A stretch of 64,000 nt of DNA from Nitrosopumilus sp. (GTDB lineage: Archaea; Thermoproteota; Nitrososphaeria; Nitrososphaerales; Nitrosopumilaceae): assembly GCA_965249555.1 (NCBI GenBank), contig OZ252243.1:1696001-1760000 (forward strand), read 5' to 3'. The translations under genes and the position numbers were made by a program. The notes beneath the pieces are model-generated. The model was not told the DNA's origin. It did no database searches and worked only from the letters and a program-made list of their open reading frames with translations. How positions within the stretch are numbered: position 1 is the stretch's first letter; each line of letters starts with the position of its first letter. This document shows positions 18,900 to 29,582 of the stretch, piece by piece.

Positions 18900-21354
18900 A
18901 TCGTTTCTTTTTAAAATAAATCACCATTCCGATAATAACTAGTATTGGTACTATCCAAATTCCATACTCTGATTGCTCTTCTGTAAATTCTATGTTGCCA
19001 TCTACTAGACTGGTTGGCAATTTTCCTTTATCTTCCGTTACGATAAAACTTGATTCATAAAAGTCAGGTTTTAGAACAGAATTTGAAATTGCAAATATTT
19101 TGATATTGTTTGCTCCTATCCCTAAATTCTTTGTGTCCTCTGAAGGTATGCTGATGGTAATGCCATTTTCTTTTGTGCTAAGTGTCTCTGATGATATCAT
19201 ATTTCCTTCACTATTTGTCAAAAAGTATAGAATAGAATCTGAATAGTTTGTCTCTACTCTAATTTCTAATTTTTCTCCTTGTTGAATGATGTTTTTCATT
19301 TCTATGTTTGTTATTGCTGGCAATTCTGCTTTTTCAAATTCTTTCCATTTTCCAATCTTAAATGGATATGAATCATCATTAAATGCACTAACTGTTATTG
19401 TTCTTGCTTCTGGTGCATATGATTTTAAATAAAATGGACCATTGCTAATCACTGCATGATTGTTAGCATCAATCCACCTTATTGAGGAATCATATCTATT
19501 TTGAAAATATTCAGAATTTTGATAACTATCCTTTAACGATGCAGGAACAAACTTAGAGTCCTTGAATTCTTGCAAATAATCTTTGATAAGATGCGCATCT
19601 TTTGGAATAATTAATGATAACCAGTTTACATTTTTACTTGTAGCTCCAGATCTTGAAAATGATACTTTTCCATCCATAACTGCTTTCTCCATGGCAACTG
19701 TGATCTCCCATGGCATTGAATTCCATAGTACTGCCCAATCTGCAATTTCACCTTCATCAAAATGCCAATAATCCACATAGACTTCTATTGTATCGCCATC
19801 AATTTGTTTCACCCCGATAATTGTTTTAATAATCTGAGAAGCTCTTGGTGTAAATTCTGTGTCAAAAGTTCTATCATTCTCATCTGTTTGAGTTCCCCAT
19901 TCTATTGTGAAATACAGTGAGTGTAAAATGTCATTAATATCCATCATTTGTCCATTATGCCAATTACTCAATTCAAAATCAAATGTTACCTTACTTGTTG
20001 CAAGTGTATCTGGGGCAACATTCTCCCATCTTTGTGATTCTGGATTCCATATTTTTGCTTCTTGAGGAACACTTAGTTTTTCATTTGGCCCTGCAGTTTC
20101 AACTTGCCATTCTGCCCTGACAGGAAATGTTTCTCCTGTAAATGGATGCTTGAATGTTGCAGGATCTGAAATTATTCCCCAAATGTGTGTGCTATAACTA
20201 TCGGATAACCCCATAACTGGATTCCATGCACCTTGATAGATTTGCTTTACACCAATTACAAACTCATTACTATCACTTTTAGAATTAATTGGGGTGAATC
20301 TACTTGGAACTCCTGCACCAAAGTCATTGATTATTCCTTCTACTTTTTCATTTGCAACATATTGATCAATTTTACTTGCCAAAAAAATTCTGACAGATTC
20401 ATTTACTCCTTCAACCACTGCTTCTTGAATCAACTCTGCTCTGTTTTTTGATGATTCAAAACCTCCACTGTATATTTTCTGAGTCAGTTCATCTAATCTG
20501 TCATTTTTGTAATTCCAGTACGATGGATCGTTGAATCCTGGCATGCTTGAAAACCAAGGAGAATACATCTGTCCTAATCCTACTGAATCATATCTTACAA
20601 ATGCAGAACGTGCCCATCCCTCAGTGTATAAACTCCACTTCAAATCAGAAGGATTTGAGCCATATACAACAACAAATGCTTTGTTCAGATCTCCAAAATC
20701 TTTTTTGATGGTAAATCCCATTTTTTGTAATTCAACTGCTAAAATTTCACCTATTGATTTTCTGACTGGATCATCGCTTCTGATAAAAATCGTAATTACT
20801 ATTGGTTTTGAATCAAATTGCCATTTTCCATCAATTTTAATCGCCTCTCTTTCTTTTAGTACCTGAGTGATAATTTCTTCTGCGAGAGTAGGATTGTATT
20901 TGAAATTAAATGCCTCTAGTTGTTCAATAACTGTAAGATATTCTGGTTCTGATGGGCTATAGTATGAAATGATAGGGGAACCAAACCCTCCCATCAATTC
21001 ATTTACAATTAACTTTCTATCTATCAAATAATTTAGAGCAAATCTGACCTCTTTACTTGAAAATGGATTGAATTCTTTAGACTCTGCAGGATTGACAAGA
21101 ATACTGTATGATCCTCCTGTGGAATCAAAAACTTGTAATCCTTCTCTTGCCTGATAATTTTCTAGTCTATCTGGTGAAATTCTATAATAATAAACATCTA
21201 GATTTCCATTTCGTACTTCTTCCAAGGCTGTATTTTCATCTAGATATTGAATGAATTTTACTGAGTCAAAAAATGTACTTTTTTCTGCAAATGATTCATC
21301 ATACATTATAGTTGCAATTGAAAGAGCTAGTATGACAACTAGCATTTTTTTCAT
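18877..21354 (-). CDS. ABC transporter substrate-binding protein (peptide/family 5-like)
   Basis: NPFSSKEVRFALNYLIDR, ISNGPFYL; signal peptide and C-terminal TM anchor. Confidence 0.85.
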   Translation of the reverse strand: MKKMLVVILALSIATIMYDESFAEKSTFFDSVKFIQYLDENTALEEVRNGNLDVYYYRISPDRLENYQAREGLQVFDSTGGSYSILVNPAESKEFNPFSSKEVRFALNYLIDRKLIVNELMGGFGSPIISYYSPSEPEYLTVIEQLEAFNFKYNPTLAEEIITQVLKEREAIKIDGKWQFDSKPIVITIFIRSDDPVRKSIGEILAVELQKMGFTIKKDFGDLNKAFVVVYGSNPSDLKWSLYTEGWARSAFVRYDSVGLGQMYSPWFSSMPGFNDPSYWNYKNDRLDELTQKIYSGGFESSKNRAELIQEAVVEGVNESVRIFLASKIDQYVANEKVEGIINDFGAGVPSRFTPINSKSDSNEFVIGVKQIYQGAWNPVMGLSDSYSTHIWGIISDPATFKHPFTGETFPVRAEWQVETAGPNEKLSVPQEAKIWNPESQRWENVAPDTLATSKVTFDFELSNWHNGQMMDINDILHSLYFTIEWGTQTDENDRTFDTEFTPRASQIIKTIIGVKQIDGDTIEVYVDYWHFDEGEIADWAVLWNSMPWEITVAMEKAVMDGKVSFSRSGATSKNVNWLSLIIPKDAHLIKDYLQEFKDSKFVPASLKDSYQNSEYFQNRYDSSIRWIDANNHAVISNGPFYLKSYAPEARTITVSAFNDDSYPFKIGKWKEFEKAELPAITNIEMKNIIQQGEKLEIRVETNYSDSILYFLTNSEGNMISSETLSTKENGITISIPSEDTKNLGIGANNIKIFAISNSVLKPDFYESSFIVTEDKGKLPTSLVDGNIEFTEEQSEYGIWIVPILVIIGMVIYFKKKRSITIQNL

Positions 21355-21453
21355 AATCCTAATTCAAAACGCTTGTAATAAAATCTATGTTATAATGCCC
21401 TGAGACTATTATCTCCTAAAGCCTATATCCCTCATATGAATTAGAATATCCAG

Positions 21454-22089
21454 TTGAAAATTCACCCAAAAATGATTGTTGGATTACAAGGAATTATTGT
21501 GGGTGGAATCTCAGTTGAGGACTTTTCTGCTGTCACAAAATTGAATATCATTGACTCAAAAACAATTTTAGATGAATTCATAAAAAATAATATTGGGACA
21601 AAACAAGATAACTCGTACTATTTTGAAGATGGTGACAAATTAAAAATTGCTGTCATATTGCTTGAGAAGGGCTTTCCTATTGATGAAGTTTCAGTTGCAT
21701 TAGATTGGAAAGATTTTGAAGGATTGACTGCAACAATTTTGGCATCAAAAGATTTTGCAGTAATCAAGAATATGATACTGACTAAACCTAGAATGGAAAT
21801 TGACGTTATCGGCATTCGATTAGGTATTGCAATTTTAATTGATTGTAAACATTGGAAGCGTTACAGTATTTCATCATTAACCACTGTTGTAAAAAAACAG
21901 ATTGAAAGAACAAAACATTATGTTACAAAAACACCTGGGGCAATATCTGTGCCTGTAATTGTTACATTATATCAAGATAAAGTTGATTTCATTGATAGTG
22001 TGCCAATAGTGCCGATTTTCCAATTCTCTTCATTTATTGATGAATTTTATGGAAACATTGATCAGATGAAAACTATAGAAACAAACTAG
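21454..22089 (+). CDS. PD-(D/E)xK nuclease, Mrr/restriction endonuclease-like
   Basis: LDWKDFE...EIDVIG...IDCKHW. Confidence 0.7.
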   Translation: MKIHPKMIVGLQGIIVGGISVEDFSAVTKLNIIDSKTILDEFIKNNIGTKQDNSYYFEDGDKLKIAVILLEKGFPIDEVSVALDWKDFEGLTATILASKDFAVIKNMILTKPRMEIDVIGIRLGIAILIDCKHWKRYSISSLTTVVKKQIERTKHYVTKTPGAISVPVIVTLYQDKVDFIDSVPIVPIFQFSSFIDEFYGNIDQMKTIETN

Positions 22090-23842
22090 TTATGAAAAGA
22101 CACACTCCACCAATCATGAATCCTTTTGATATTTTCAAAGAGTTGTCAAGTGCTTTAGAAAAGTCTTCAAATATTCCCTGTCCCATAATTTTCACATCTG
22201 TTTGATTTTCTAAAATCTCATATTTTGCAGTTGTTGTTTTTGTTTCAGCGGTTTCAGCAATATCCAAAAACCATTTAGATAATTTTTCAGCTCCTGTAAT
22301 CAAACCTAATTGATAGTACCCATTCCTGTTTCTAGCTTTAACTGGGGCATAATGGGTATCTGATGTACAAATCTCAAGTAATTGAAAGTCTCTTTTTGCA
22401 AAACTGTCTATGATTTTCTCTCTCACTCCATTTTCCATATTGTTAGCATCTGCCCATCCAAGAAAATATTTTTTATCATTGATTTTGAGACAAACAATCC
22501 CTATTCCTCCCATCCCCAAGTCTTCTGTCCATACATCCATCTCATCAGAATTTGCATAACCAAATTCAATTGGAAAACTATCTTTTGTTATTAGAGTGTC
22601 TAAACATGATTTTGCAGCTTTTAGCATATCTTCTCCATCTTCTTTTGTAATTTCTTTTCCCATAGCATTGTGGCAATCTACTATGATTGTTCTAACATAA
22701 CTCCGATTTTTAGCATATTGTTCAATTTCTGTTTTCATGTAACTTGGAATGTCTTCCATTCCATGTGGAGATAAAGACAAAAACAATAATGGACTTTTTC
22801 CAAATAATAATCCTGTTACACTTGCTTTGTTTATTTGAACTGTTACTGGTTCTGTGCATTGCAATCCCTCTTCTCTGACTTCGCTATTTTCTAAATTTTT
22901 TAGATATTTCTCCACTTCATTTTTTGAAGGTAGATTTAGCGCATGATCTGATATGCTGTGCAATACCATGGCTGATGAATTATAATTTTTGTAAATTAGA
23001 TAAGGTATGTTACTTCCTCCTACTGGATGATATGGTCCTGGATGAATTTCTGGTAAAATCATTCTAAATTCTGTATTTCCATTAGATGATAGCAGCCGAA
23101 TTTGAGATGTAGATACTTTGGTTTCACTTGAGCGTTGCTCCATTAACTCTTCTGCGTCAGTAAAGTCATTTTTTTGTGACGCTAAATATGCTTGAATTGT
23201 TTTATGTGTGCTTTTCATTCCTGGTCTTCCTGCCTTATCTGTAATTAGAGACCAAGCACTAGCAATGATCAAAAATGTTATTCCATATCCTAGTGACATT
23301 GGATTTGTAAGCATTGAAATCCACATGTCTTGTGGAATTAATACTAGAAACATTGCAAGTGGTTGTATCATACAAATTGCCCAAATCTTTCTGATGCTAA
23401 CTCCTAGTGTTGTTGTAAACACACCAATTCTTATACTTGCAAACAAAAACATTCCAAATGTTATAAAAAACAATGATGTTTCTTTTGATAAGACAACACT
23501 TGCTAATAGCCCCATTAACAAAGTTGCAATCCATAACAAGTTTGCAAAAAGTGACACGTGAAGCGATTTGGAATATTCTTTCTTTTTTGTAAATCTGGTA
23601 TCAAGTAATTGTGTGATTGCTAAAACTCCTACAACCAGAGGAATTCTAAACAAAAACTCTTCTGAATCAAAATATGCCAAATATGTTATAACTGTAATTA
23701 CTGTTGCAACAACTAATGATCCCACTAAGGAAAAATAATGTGATGATGGATTGATTAGAGTAAGGGAAAATCTATTATGTATATTTGAAACATCATCTGG
23801 AGCTTTTTGCATTATCTTTTCACGGAGATAGAAAGATATCAA
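22073..23842 (-). CDS. DUF2070 family membrane protein (start probably ~23812)
   Basis: N-terminal TM bundle; HPGPYHPVGGS, DCHN, DANNM, TSDTH motifs. Confidence 0.8.
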   Translation of the reverse strand: MISFYLREKIMQKAPDDVSNIHNRFSLTLINPSSHYFSLVGSLVVATVITVITYLAYFDSEEFLFRIPLVVGVLAITQLLDTRFTKKKEYSKSLHVSLFANLLWIATLLMGLLASVVLSKETSLFFITFGMFLFASIRIGVFTTTLGVSIRKIWAICMIQPLAMFLVLIPQDMWISMLTNPMSLGYGITFLIIASAWSLITDKAGRPGMKSTHKTIQAYLASQKNDFTDAEELMEQRSSETKVSTSQIRLLSSNGNTEFRMILPEIHPGPYHPVGGSNIPYLIYKNYNSSAMVLHSISDHALNLPSKNEVEKYLKNLENSEVREEGLQCTEPVTVQINKASVTGLLFGKSPLLFLSLSPHGMEDIPSYMKTEIEQYAKNRSYVRTIIVDCHNAMGKEITKEDGEDMLKAAKSCLDTLITKDSFPIEFGYANSDEMDVWTEDLGMGGIGIVCLKINDKKYFLGWADANNMENGVREKIIDSFAKRDFQLLEICTSDTHYAPVKARNRNGYYQLGLITGAEKLSKWFLDIAETAETKTTTAKYEILENQTDVKIMGQGIFEDFSKALDNSLKISKGFMIGGVCLFITSLFL

Positions 23843-23987
23843 TTAACCATGAAACTATAATTAAACTGATGGGAACTGTCACTACGATTTTTGGATCTAT
23901 TTTCCATCCCTTGGTCTCATCTTCAAAGAATCTCATGAGGCCGCCACTTGATGCTGGAAGTGGTGCTGATTTCTTTTTACTACTCAT
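23820..23987 (-). CDS. secG: Preprotein translocase subunit Sec61beta (55 aa, not in ORF track)
   Basis: MSSKKKSAPLPASSGGLMRFFEDETKGWKIDPKIVVTVPISLIIVSWLIDIFLSP. Confidence 0.88.
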   Translation of the reverse strand: MSSKKKSAPLPASSGGLMRFFEDETKGWKIDPKIVVTVPISLIIVSWLIDIFLSP

Positions 23988-24031
23988 TATAATTCGAAAA
24001 CACGGATTTTAACATAAAAACCTTATTGTCC

Positions 24032-25473
24032 GTATGAATCAAGCACTTAGATGTATTTTGCCATCTCAGAAAACATGTTCAATTCCCTTATTCTCCATGT
24101 CTCAAAGCATGTGAGAAAGACTGAGATCATCCTCATGCCCTGATCACTCTTCATCTGCCCGCGAACATTCCTCTGCATCACGCACTTTCGAATGGAATTC
24201 TCTGCATCATTGTTAGTTGACGGGACATCACCATCCATGACAAACGTAAACATGCTGTTCCTTGCAGTCTTTAGCTTCTTGCCAAACTGAACCATCTCCA
24301 TATCACCTTTCAAATATCGTGCAATGATACGGTCTAGCTGTTTTAGTAAATCATCCCTGTACGTTTCCCGCCGTTTTGTATGACGATTACCTACACTCCA
24401 AACCCTGGCATGACCTAGCATATCTGAGAGTTTCTCGTATAGAATCCTGGCCTTTTTGTCCTTTGATTTTATTGCCAGATATTTGGCATCGCGCTGCAGG
24501 TGTGCGGTGCATCTCTGCTTTGTGTTATCACAAAATACTGTCCTGTACGGAGCATATCCGTCAGACACTAGAGTTCCTTTGAATTTCTTCCAGTACTTTT
24601 TTAGAACATTGGCACCTCTGCTGTACTCCAAGGCATACTGTGCACTAGTCTTGCTTCTTGCAACCCACATCCATCCAGTATTTCCATCAATTGAAAATCC
24701 TGTCTCATCGATTCCGAGAATCTTTTCAGTCACGATTTCGCTGTGGATTGTATTGTAAAATGACTCTAACATCACACTACCGTTGCGAAGAATGGATTGT
24801 ACGGTTGTATTGCTGATTTCTAATCCATATCTTTCATAGAGTGTGGTTCTGATGGTATCGTATGGCATTCTCTTTGAGAACAGTGAGACGACCTCACGTG
24901 TCACTGAACCATCAAAACATCCATGTGGTGGAAGGTTTCCCGTGGTTTGAAAATTATCAGAACAGTCCATGCAGATGTATTGATTCAAAACATGCTCAGT
25001 TATACCGTAGGGTGTTGGTGGAGGAATCTCAACCATTATCCTTTTGCAGGTTTTGGTTTGATGAATATTTTCACTACCGCATTTGGGACATGCATCTGAT
25101 CTGTGGTGTTTGGTGCTAGTTGGTCTGAATTTCTGTGTCTTGCCAACGTGTCCTGCTATTCCACCACGTCTTGATTTGCCTGGCTGTCTGTGTTGTCTTT
25201 TTTGCTTTCTCCATTCAAGGGAATTCTTTGATGGCGGAGAGTGCGCATTCTCATAATATGACAGCTTTTTTTGCAGTTCCTTGTTTGATTCTATGAGATT
25301 CTCTATGATTAATTTTAGTTGTTTTATCACTTCGTCTTGTTGTTTTGTCTTTTTTTGTAGCTGTATGATGATTTTCTCATGACCACAACCTGACATGTTT
25401 TGTATGATGATTTAGTTGATCTTAGATCTTTTTGTGTAATAGTGTTGATTTGTGCGTGAAGGTTGATACATAC
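24032..25473 (-). mobile_element. IS66-family insertion sequence, single-ORF type, 1442 bp
   Basis: TIRs GTATGAATCAA / GTATGTATCAA; 8-bp TSD TATTGTCC at 24024-24031 and 25474-25481; higher GC than host DNA. Confidence 0.9.
24047..25396 (-). CDS. IS66-family transposase
   Basis: Coiled coil, NAHSPPS, CPKCG Zn finger, IDETG, SDGY, QRCTAH, TNNDAENSIR motifs. Confidence 0.92.
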   Translation of the reverse strand: MSGCGHEKIIIQLQKKTKQQDEVIKQLKLIIENLIESNKELQKKLSYYENAHSPPSKNSLEWRKQKRQHRQPGKSRRGGIAGHVGKTQKFRPTSTKHHRSDACPKCGSENIHQTKTCKRIMVEIPPPTPYGITEHVLNQYICMDCSDNFQTTGNLPPHGCFDGSVTREVVSLFSKRMPYDTIRTTLYERYGLEISNTTVQSILRNGSVMLESFYNTIHSEIVTEKILGIDETGFSIDGNTGWMWVARSKTSAQYALEYSRGANVLKKYWKKFKGTLVSDGYAPYRTVFCDNTKQRCTAHLQRDAKYLAIKSKDKKARILYEKLSDMLGHARVWSVGNRHTKRRETYRDDLLKQLDRIIARYLKGDMEMVQFGKKLKTARNSMFTFVMDGDVPSTNNDAENSIRKCVMQRNVRGQMKSDQGMRMISVFLTCFETWRIRELNMFSEMAKYI

Positions 25474-25805
25474 TATTGTCCCTTCTCCAATTTTTTCATA
25501 GTTTCCAACAAAGAGTTGATCGATTTTAGAATCTCTTGCTGTTTTTCATGATTGTTTTCTTGTTCAAGTTCTTTTGATAATATTCCCATCTTCTTTTCCA
25601 GAGTTTCTGCTAAGAATGATTTTGGTTTTTGTTGGGTATTTTCATTTGGGATGTCTTTTTTTTCAGGTTCGCGTCCACAACTAACACATAATGCGTGCCC
25701 GTCTTTCATCACTCTCACCCCTGAGCAATATGGACAATGTTCACTAAGCAATGTTCCTCCTTTTAGCAATATTTCAGCAGCTTTTTTTGTAAGTTTATCT
25801 GACAC
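25473..25805 (-). CDS. UPF0148 / Sjogren's syndrome-scleroderma autoantigen 1 family Zn-finger protein
   Basis: LLKGGTLLSEHCPYC...CVSC. Confidence 0.8.
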   Translation of the reverse strand: MSDKLTKKAAEILLKGGTLLSEHCPYCSGVRVMKDGHALCVSCGREPEKKDIPNENTQQKPKSFLAETLEKKMGILSKELEQENNHEKQQEILKSINSLLETMKKLEKGQ

Positions 25806-25909
25806 CTTTTTTCTTTGGTTTCCTATCTAAAAAATACCATCATCTTTGATTCTTGATTGGTATTCAAACAAGGCTTAATAGTGCGTATAAGTGAATTCAT
25901 TTCGAACGA

Positions 25910-26218
25910 ATGGCAGTAATTTGTAATACTTGTGGTTTACCAGATGACTTGTGTGCTTGTGGTGAACTTGCCAAAGATAGTACAAAAATTATAATTCGAT
26001 TAGAAACTAGACGATTTAGAAAAAAGGGTACCATGATAGAAGGCTTAGATCCTAAACTAAACAACTTAGAAACTGTTGCCAGAGATCTTAAAAATAAATA
26101 TGCTTGTGGCGGAACAGCAAAAGAAGGGTACATCTTCTTACAAGGTGATCATAGAGACACCATTAAAGATACTCTGATTGGGCTAGGGTTTTCTGAAGAT
26201 AGTATAGAACTGCATTAG
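25910..26218 (+). CDS. Translation initiation factor SUI1/aIF-1 (YciH-like)
   Basis: CGLPDDLC, LKNKYACGGT, LQGDHR. Confidence 0.92.
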   Translation: MAVICNTCGLPDDLCACGELAKDSTKIIIRLETRRFRKKGTMIEGLDPKLNNLETVARDLKNKYACGGTAKEGYIFLQGDHRDTIKDTLIGLGFSEDSIELH

Positions 26219-26224
26219 AACAAA

Positions 26225-27214
26225 TTGCAAAATTCAAACAAAATTCTTCAAGCTCTTGGAATTCCTTTTACTGCATTGTTGTCTGTAATTTTTGGCTTAC
26301 TTCTTGTTTCATTTCCAATAGGACTTTTTGTTGTCTTTGAAAGCGAAATTGGTGGTGACATCAATTATGAATACCCTTTCACTCATTTAGATATTTTTTA
26401 TGGAACAGAAATGTATCAAGCCCAAATTGATGTCAGTATTGGCGATGCGTTTGTAATATTGTGGACTTTTTATGTTATAATTTTTGTAATTGCAATATTA
26501 GGTCCAAAGCATGGATTTTTAAAATCACTTTCATCGATAATATCTTTTGGAAAATATGATACTCAACTAAATTATCTATTTGGTGTAACCACGTGGTTTT
26601 CAATTTTGATTTTAGTTTCTGTATTGATTAATTTTGTTCAAGAAGGATTTGGTATTGTAACTATTCCTCCTCCTGTTGATAATAACCTCGTACAGTTTTT
26701 TTATGTTAGCTTTGCTCCATTGGTAGAAGAATTTGGATTCCGTCTAATCTTAATTGGAATCCCCTTATTTGCTCTTTATTCTCAAAAATCTTCCATAAAG
26801 TATTTTATCAAATGTTTATGGAACCCTGGTACTTTATGCATTAGTGATTCTAAAAAAGCAATTTTATTGATTATATTTGTTGGGCTTGTTTTTGGATTTG
26901 CACATATTGCATTAGGTGAATCTTGGAGCGAGGGTAAATTTGCTCAAGCAACAGCAAGTGGGATTATTTTAGGATGGGTTTATCTTAGATATGGTTTTGT
27001 AGCTTCACTTTTGATTCATTGGGCTACCAATTATTTTGTATTTTCATATGCAAATTTTATCTCTCATCTAAATTCTATTTCTATTGCAGATGCATTTTCT
27101 CATTCATTAATGTCATCATTGGAGATATTGTTCTTGCTTGCAGGTGTTTTATCGATTTCTATGTTAATTGTAAGTAAATTTTATTCTAGAAAAGTATCTG
27201 ATTTAGAGATTTAA
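26225..27214 (+). CDS. CPBP (CAAX protease / Abi) family intramembrane metalloprotease
   Basis: APLVEEFGFR, FGFAH, HWATN motifs. Confidence 0.85.
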   Translation: MQNSNKILQALGIPFTALLSVIFGLLLVSFPIGLFVVFESEIGGDINYEYPFTHLDIFYGTEMYQAQIDVSIGDAFVILWTFYVIIFVIAILGPKHGFLKSLSSIISFGKYDTQLNYLFGVTTWFSILILVSVLINFVQEGFGIVTIPPPVDNNLVQFFYVSFAPLVEEFGFRLILIGIPLFALYSQKSSIKYFIKCLWNPGTLCISDSKKAILLIIFVGLVFGFAHIALGESWSEGKFAQATASGIILGWVYLRYGFVASLLIHWATNYFVFSYANFISHLNSISIADAFSHSLMSSLEILFLLAGVLSISMLIVSKFYSRKVSDLEI

Positions 27215-28150
27215 TGCTACTTTCAAGCCTTTGTATCTATTTCTAATTGTGACTTCAGTTACTCCTGCTGCATCAGCTACATCTCGTTGTGTCTTATTTT
27301 CACCATTCGTTACACATGCCACATATAGTGCAGCAGCTGCTAATCCCATTGGGTCTTTTCCTGCAGAAATTTTAAGTTCTTCAGCAGTCTGTAAAATTTT
27401 TGTTGCTCGTCTTTTTGTTTTTTCAGATAATCCTGCTTTACTTGCAATTCTTGAAATACATTTAACTGGATCAACCACTGGCATTCTCAAATTTAATTCT
27501 CTTAGCAGTAAGCGGTAACATCTAGCAATGTCTTTTCGTTTAATGTTACTTGCTTGCCCAATATCTTTTAGTGTTCTAGGAGTTTCTGTGTCTCTACATG
27601 CTGCATATAATGCAGATGCAATTAATGCTGAAATGGAACGTCCTCTGACAAGTCCTTTTTCAAGTGCTTTCCTGTAAATGTATGCTGCTTTTTCAATAAC
27701 TGCATCTCCAACTGCAAGTTTGTCTTTTAGTCTATCTAATTCACTAAATGCTTGTCTAAAGTTTCTATCCACTGGTTCATGAACTTGACTTCTACTATCC
27801 CAAGTTCTGAGTCTTTCAATGGTACTTTTCATAGAAGCTGTAAGTGGTTTTCCAGTTGCATCTCTATTTTGAGGATTGATGACAGTTGCTAATCCCATAT
27901 CATGCATGGCAAGTGAAGTTGGAACTCCTGCTCTACTTTTATTTTCACCTTCATTTGAAAATGATCTCCATTCTGGTCCTGATTCTTCTACTTTATCGGT
28001 AATTACAAATCCACATTTTCCACAAAAATTCTCTCCAGTGCTGGCATCTGTAACTAGCGTACCTTTTCCACATCTAGGACATCGATCTTTTGAGTTTGCT
28101 GTGTTGACCATTTTTATATTACCAAAACTTTTTCTGATACTATTTAACAA
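27203..28150 (-). CDS. tfb: Transcription initiation factor IIB (start probably MVNTA)
   Basis: CPRCG...CGKCG Zn ribbon, GPEWRSF, LVRGRSI, TEVTIRNRY. Confidence 0.95.
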   Translation of the reverse strand: MLNSIRKSFGNIKMVNTANSKDRCPRCGKGTLVTDASTGENFCGKCGFVITDKVEESGPEWRSFSNEGENKSRAGVPTSLAMHDMGLATVINPQNRDATGKPLTASMKSTIERLRTWDSRSQVHEPVDRNFRQAFSELDRLKDKLAVGDAVIEKAAYIYRKALEKGLVRGRSISALIASALYAACRDTETPRTLKDIGQASNIKRKDIARCYRLLLRELNLRMPVVDPVKCISRIASKAGLSEKTKRRATKILQTAEELKISAGKDPMGLAAAALYVACVTNGENKTQRDVADAAGVTEVTIRNRYKGLKVALNL

Positions 28151-28251
28151 TTTCTAAATTATCACTTATAAGTCTTTGATTAACGGATTCTATCTTATCA
28201 GAGGTTGATTCTTCTCGATGTGAAATATCTGTTGGTTTTTTTGAATAGAAC

Positions 28252-28762
28252 TTATGAAACAGTAGTAGCACTTGCAACAACTCCATTGGGAGTAGAGACA
28301 ACAACTTTCAAATCAGTACCAATTTCTAAACTATTAGCAATCTCTGTTGTAATTGTAGCTGTTTCATCATTGTTTAGAATTTCAGGATCAAATACATCAC
28401 CGGTCCAAGAGGATATGCACCATTCATCAGCTGCAGAAGGACATGTGGCATCATATGTTTGAGTTACAGTGTAGGTGGTACTGTCACTATCATACGTGAT
28501 TATGACATCAAATTTATCAAATTACCATAATTTTTCCAAGTTTGTATTTGTAATATCAAAATCAAATGTAGTAACCACTCCAGGGGATTGGAAACTTGTT
28601 AGACTAATGGTTGTTTTTAGTAATTTACTTTCTAAATCAGACTTTTGAGAAGAAACTTTAGTAATAGATGCCCGTAGTATCCGTAAAACCCGCAAATGCG
28701 AACATCACATAAGTTATGCCAAATAGTATAATCGCACCACTAATGGCATTACTCAATCCCAT
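28252..28762 (-). pseudogene. flaF: Archaellum accessory protein FlaF/ArlF-like pseudogene
   Basis: MGLSNAISGAIILFGITYVMF... frameshift near 28670, then ...FDITNTNLEKLW*FDKFDVIITY...DPEILNNDE...VVVSTPNGV. Confidence 0.7.
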
Positions 28763-28945
28763 AGAAAATCACCTTTAGATACCGAGAAAACATAATCGTC
28801 AGATACATCCTTTGATTTAACACTTGAACTATATTATGAGTTTCATATATTAATATTTTAATGTGATGATATTGAACAAAGAATATGTTTAATATTTTTT
28901 AACCAATAGATATTGACAAAATAATTCATTCTTCTATATCTTTTA

Positions 28946-29581
28946 TTAAGATTCTATAATTTTTACAATTTTTTCTGCGATCTGAGGCTTTTCATTTTGT
29001 TCCAACAGAAATTTCAAATCTTCATTATTATCAACATCCCACATGATTCTTTTTACAAAAACCATTGCAACATTTCGTGTGTGTTCTTTAGCAGTATTCA
29101 TGTGAATCTTGTAGCTATCCTCATCATAGTGAGTTTCCATTAAATCTACAGGCATTCTTACTAGTGCGTTAGTTCCATCAAATCTTCTTGATGGAACAAC
29201 TATTGCAAAATTTGGTGGCATTTTATAATTTAACATAAAGTCAATATCCTGAGTTTTGATGTATGGTATGTCTTGTGGAAATACAATTGAGGCATCAAAA
29301 CCATTCTCTAGAAGATATTCATCTGCAAGTGCAACTGCCCCATTAACACTTTCTTCTTTTTCATCAATTATGGTAATTGTATTGAATTTTTTTCCAATTT
29401 CAATTGCTTTTTCTTCTTTTGTTACCATGATTGTTTTTTCAATTTGTGGGGATATTGATATTGTATGAAGAATCTCTTCTAGCATTACTTTACATAATTC
29501 TTCTATTTGATGTGGAGATAAATCTAACCGAGTTTTTGCTTTAGAGAAAGTCTTTACAGGAATTATTGCAGCTATTTTCAA
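28946..29581 (-). CDS. cofC: 2-phospho-L-lactate guanylyltransferase
   Basis: IIPVKTFSKAKTRL, DGTNAL, DVDNNEDL; adjacent to cofD. Confidence 0.9.
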   Translation of the reverse strand: MKIAAIIPVKTFSKAKTRLDLSPHQIEELCKVMLEEILHTISISPQIEKTIMVTKEEKAIEIGKKFNTITIIDEKEESVNGAVALADEYLLENGFDASIVFPQDIPYIKTQDIDFMLNYKMPPNFAIVVPSRRFDGTNALVRMPVDLMETHYDEDSYKIHMNTAKEHTRNVAMVFVKRIMWDVDNNEDLKFLLEQNEKPQIAEKIVKIIES

Positions 29582-29582
29582 A

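Noticed and set aside
21454-22089. Restriction or defence system around the Mrr-like nuclease
   Set aside because: A solitary gene among housekeeping-type genes, with no methyltransferase or island signature
23785-24012. 75-aa + strand ORF
   Set aside because: Antisense to the Sec61beta gene
28205-28462. 85-aa + strand ORF
   Set aside because: Antisense shadow of the flaF pseudogene
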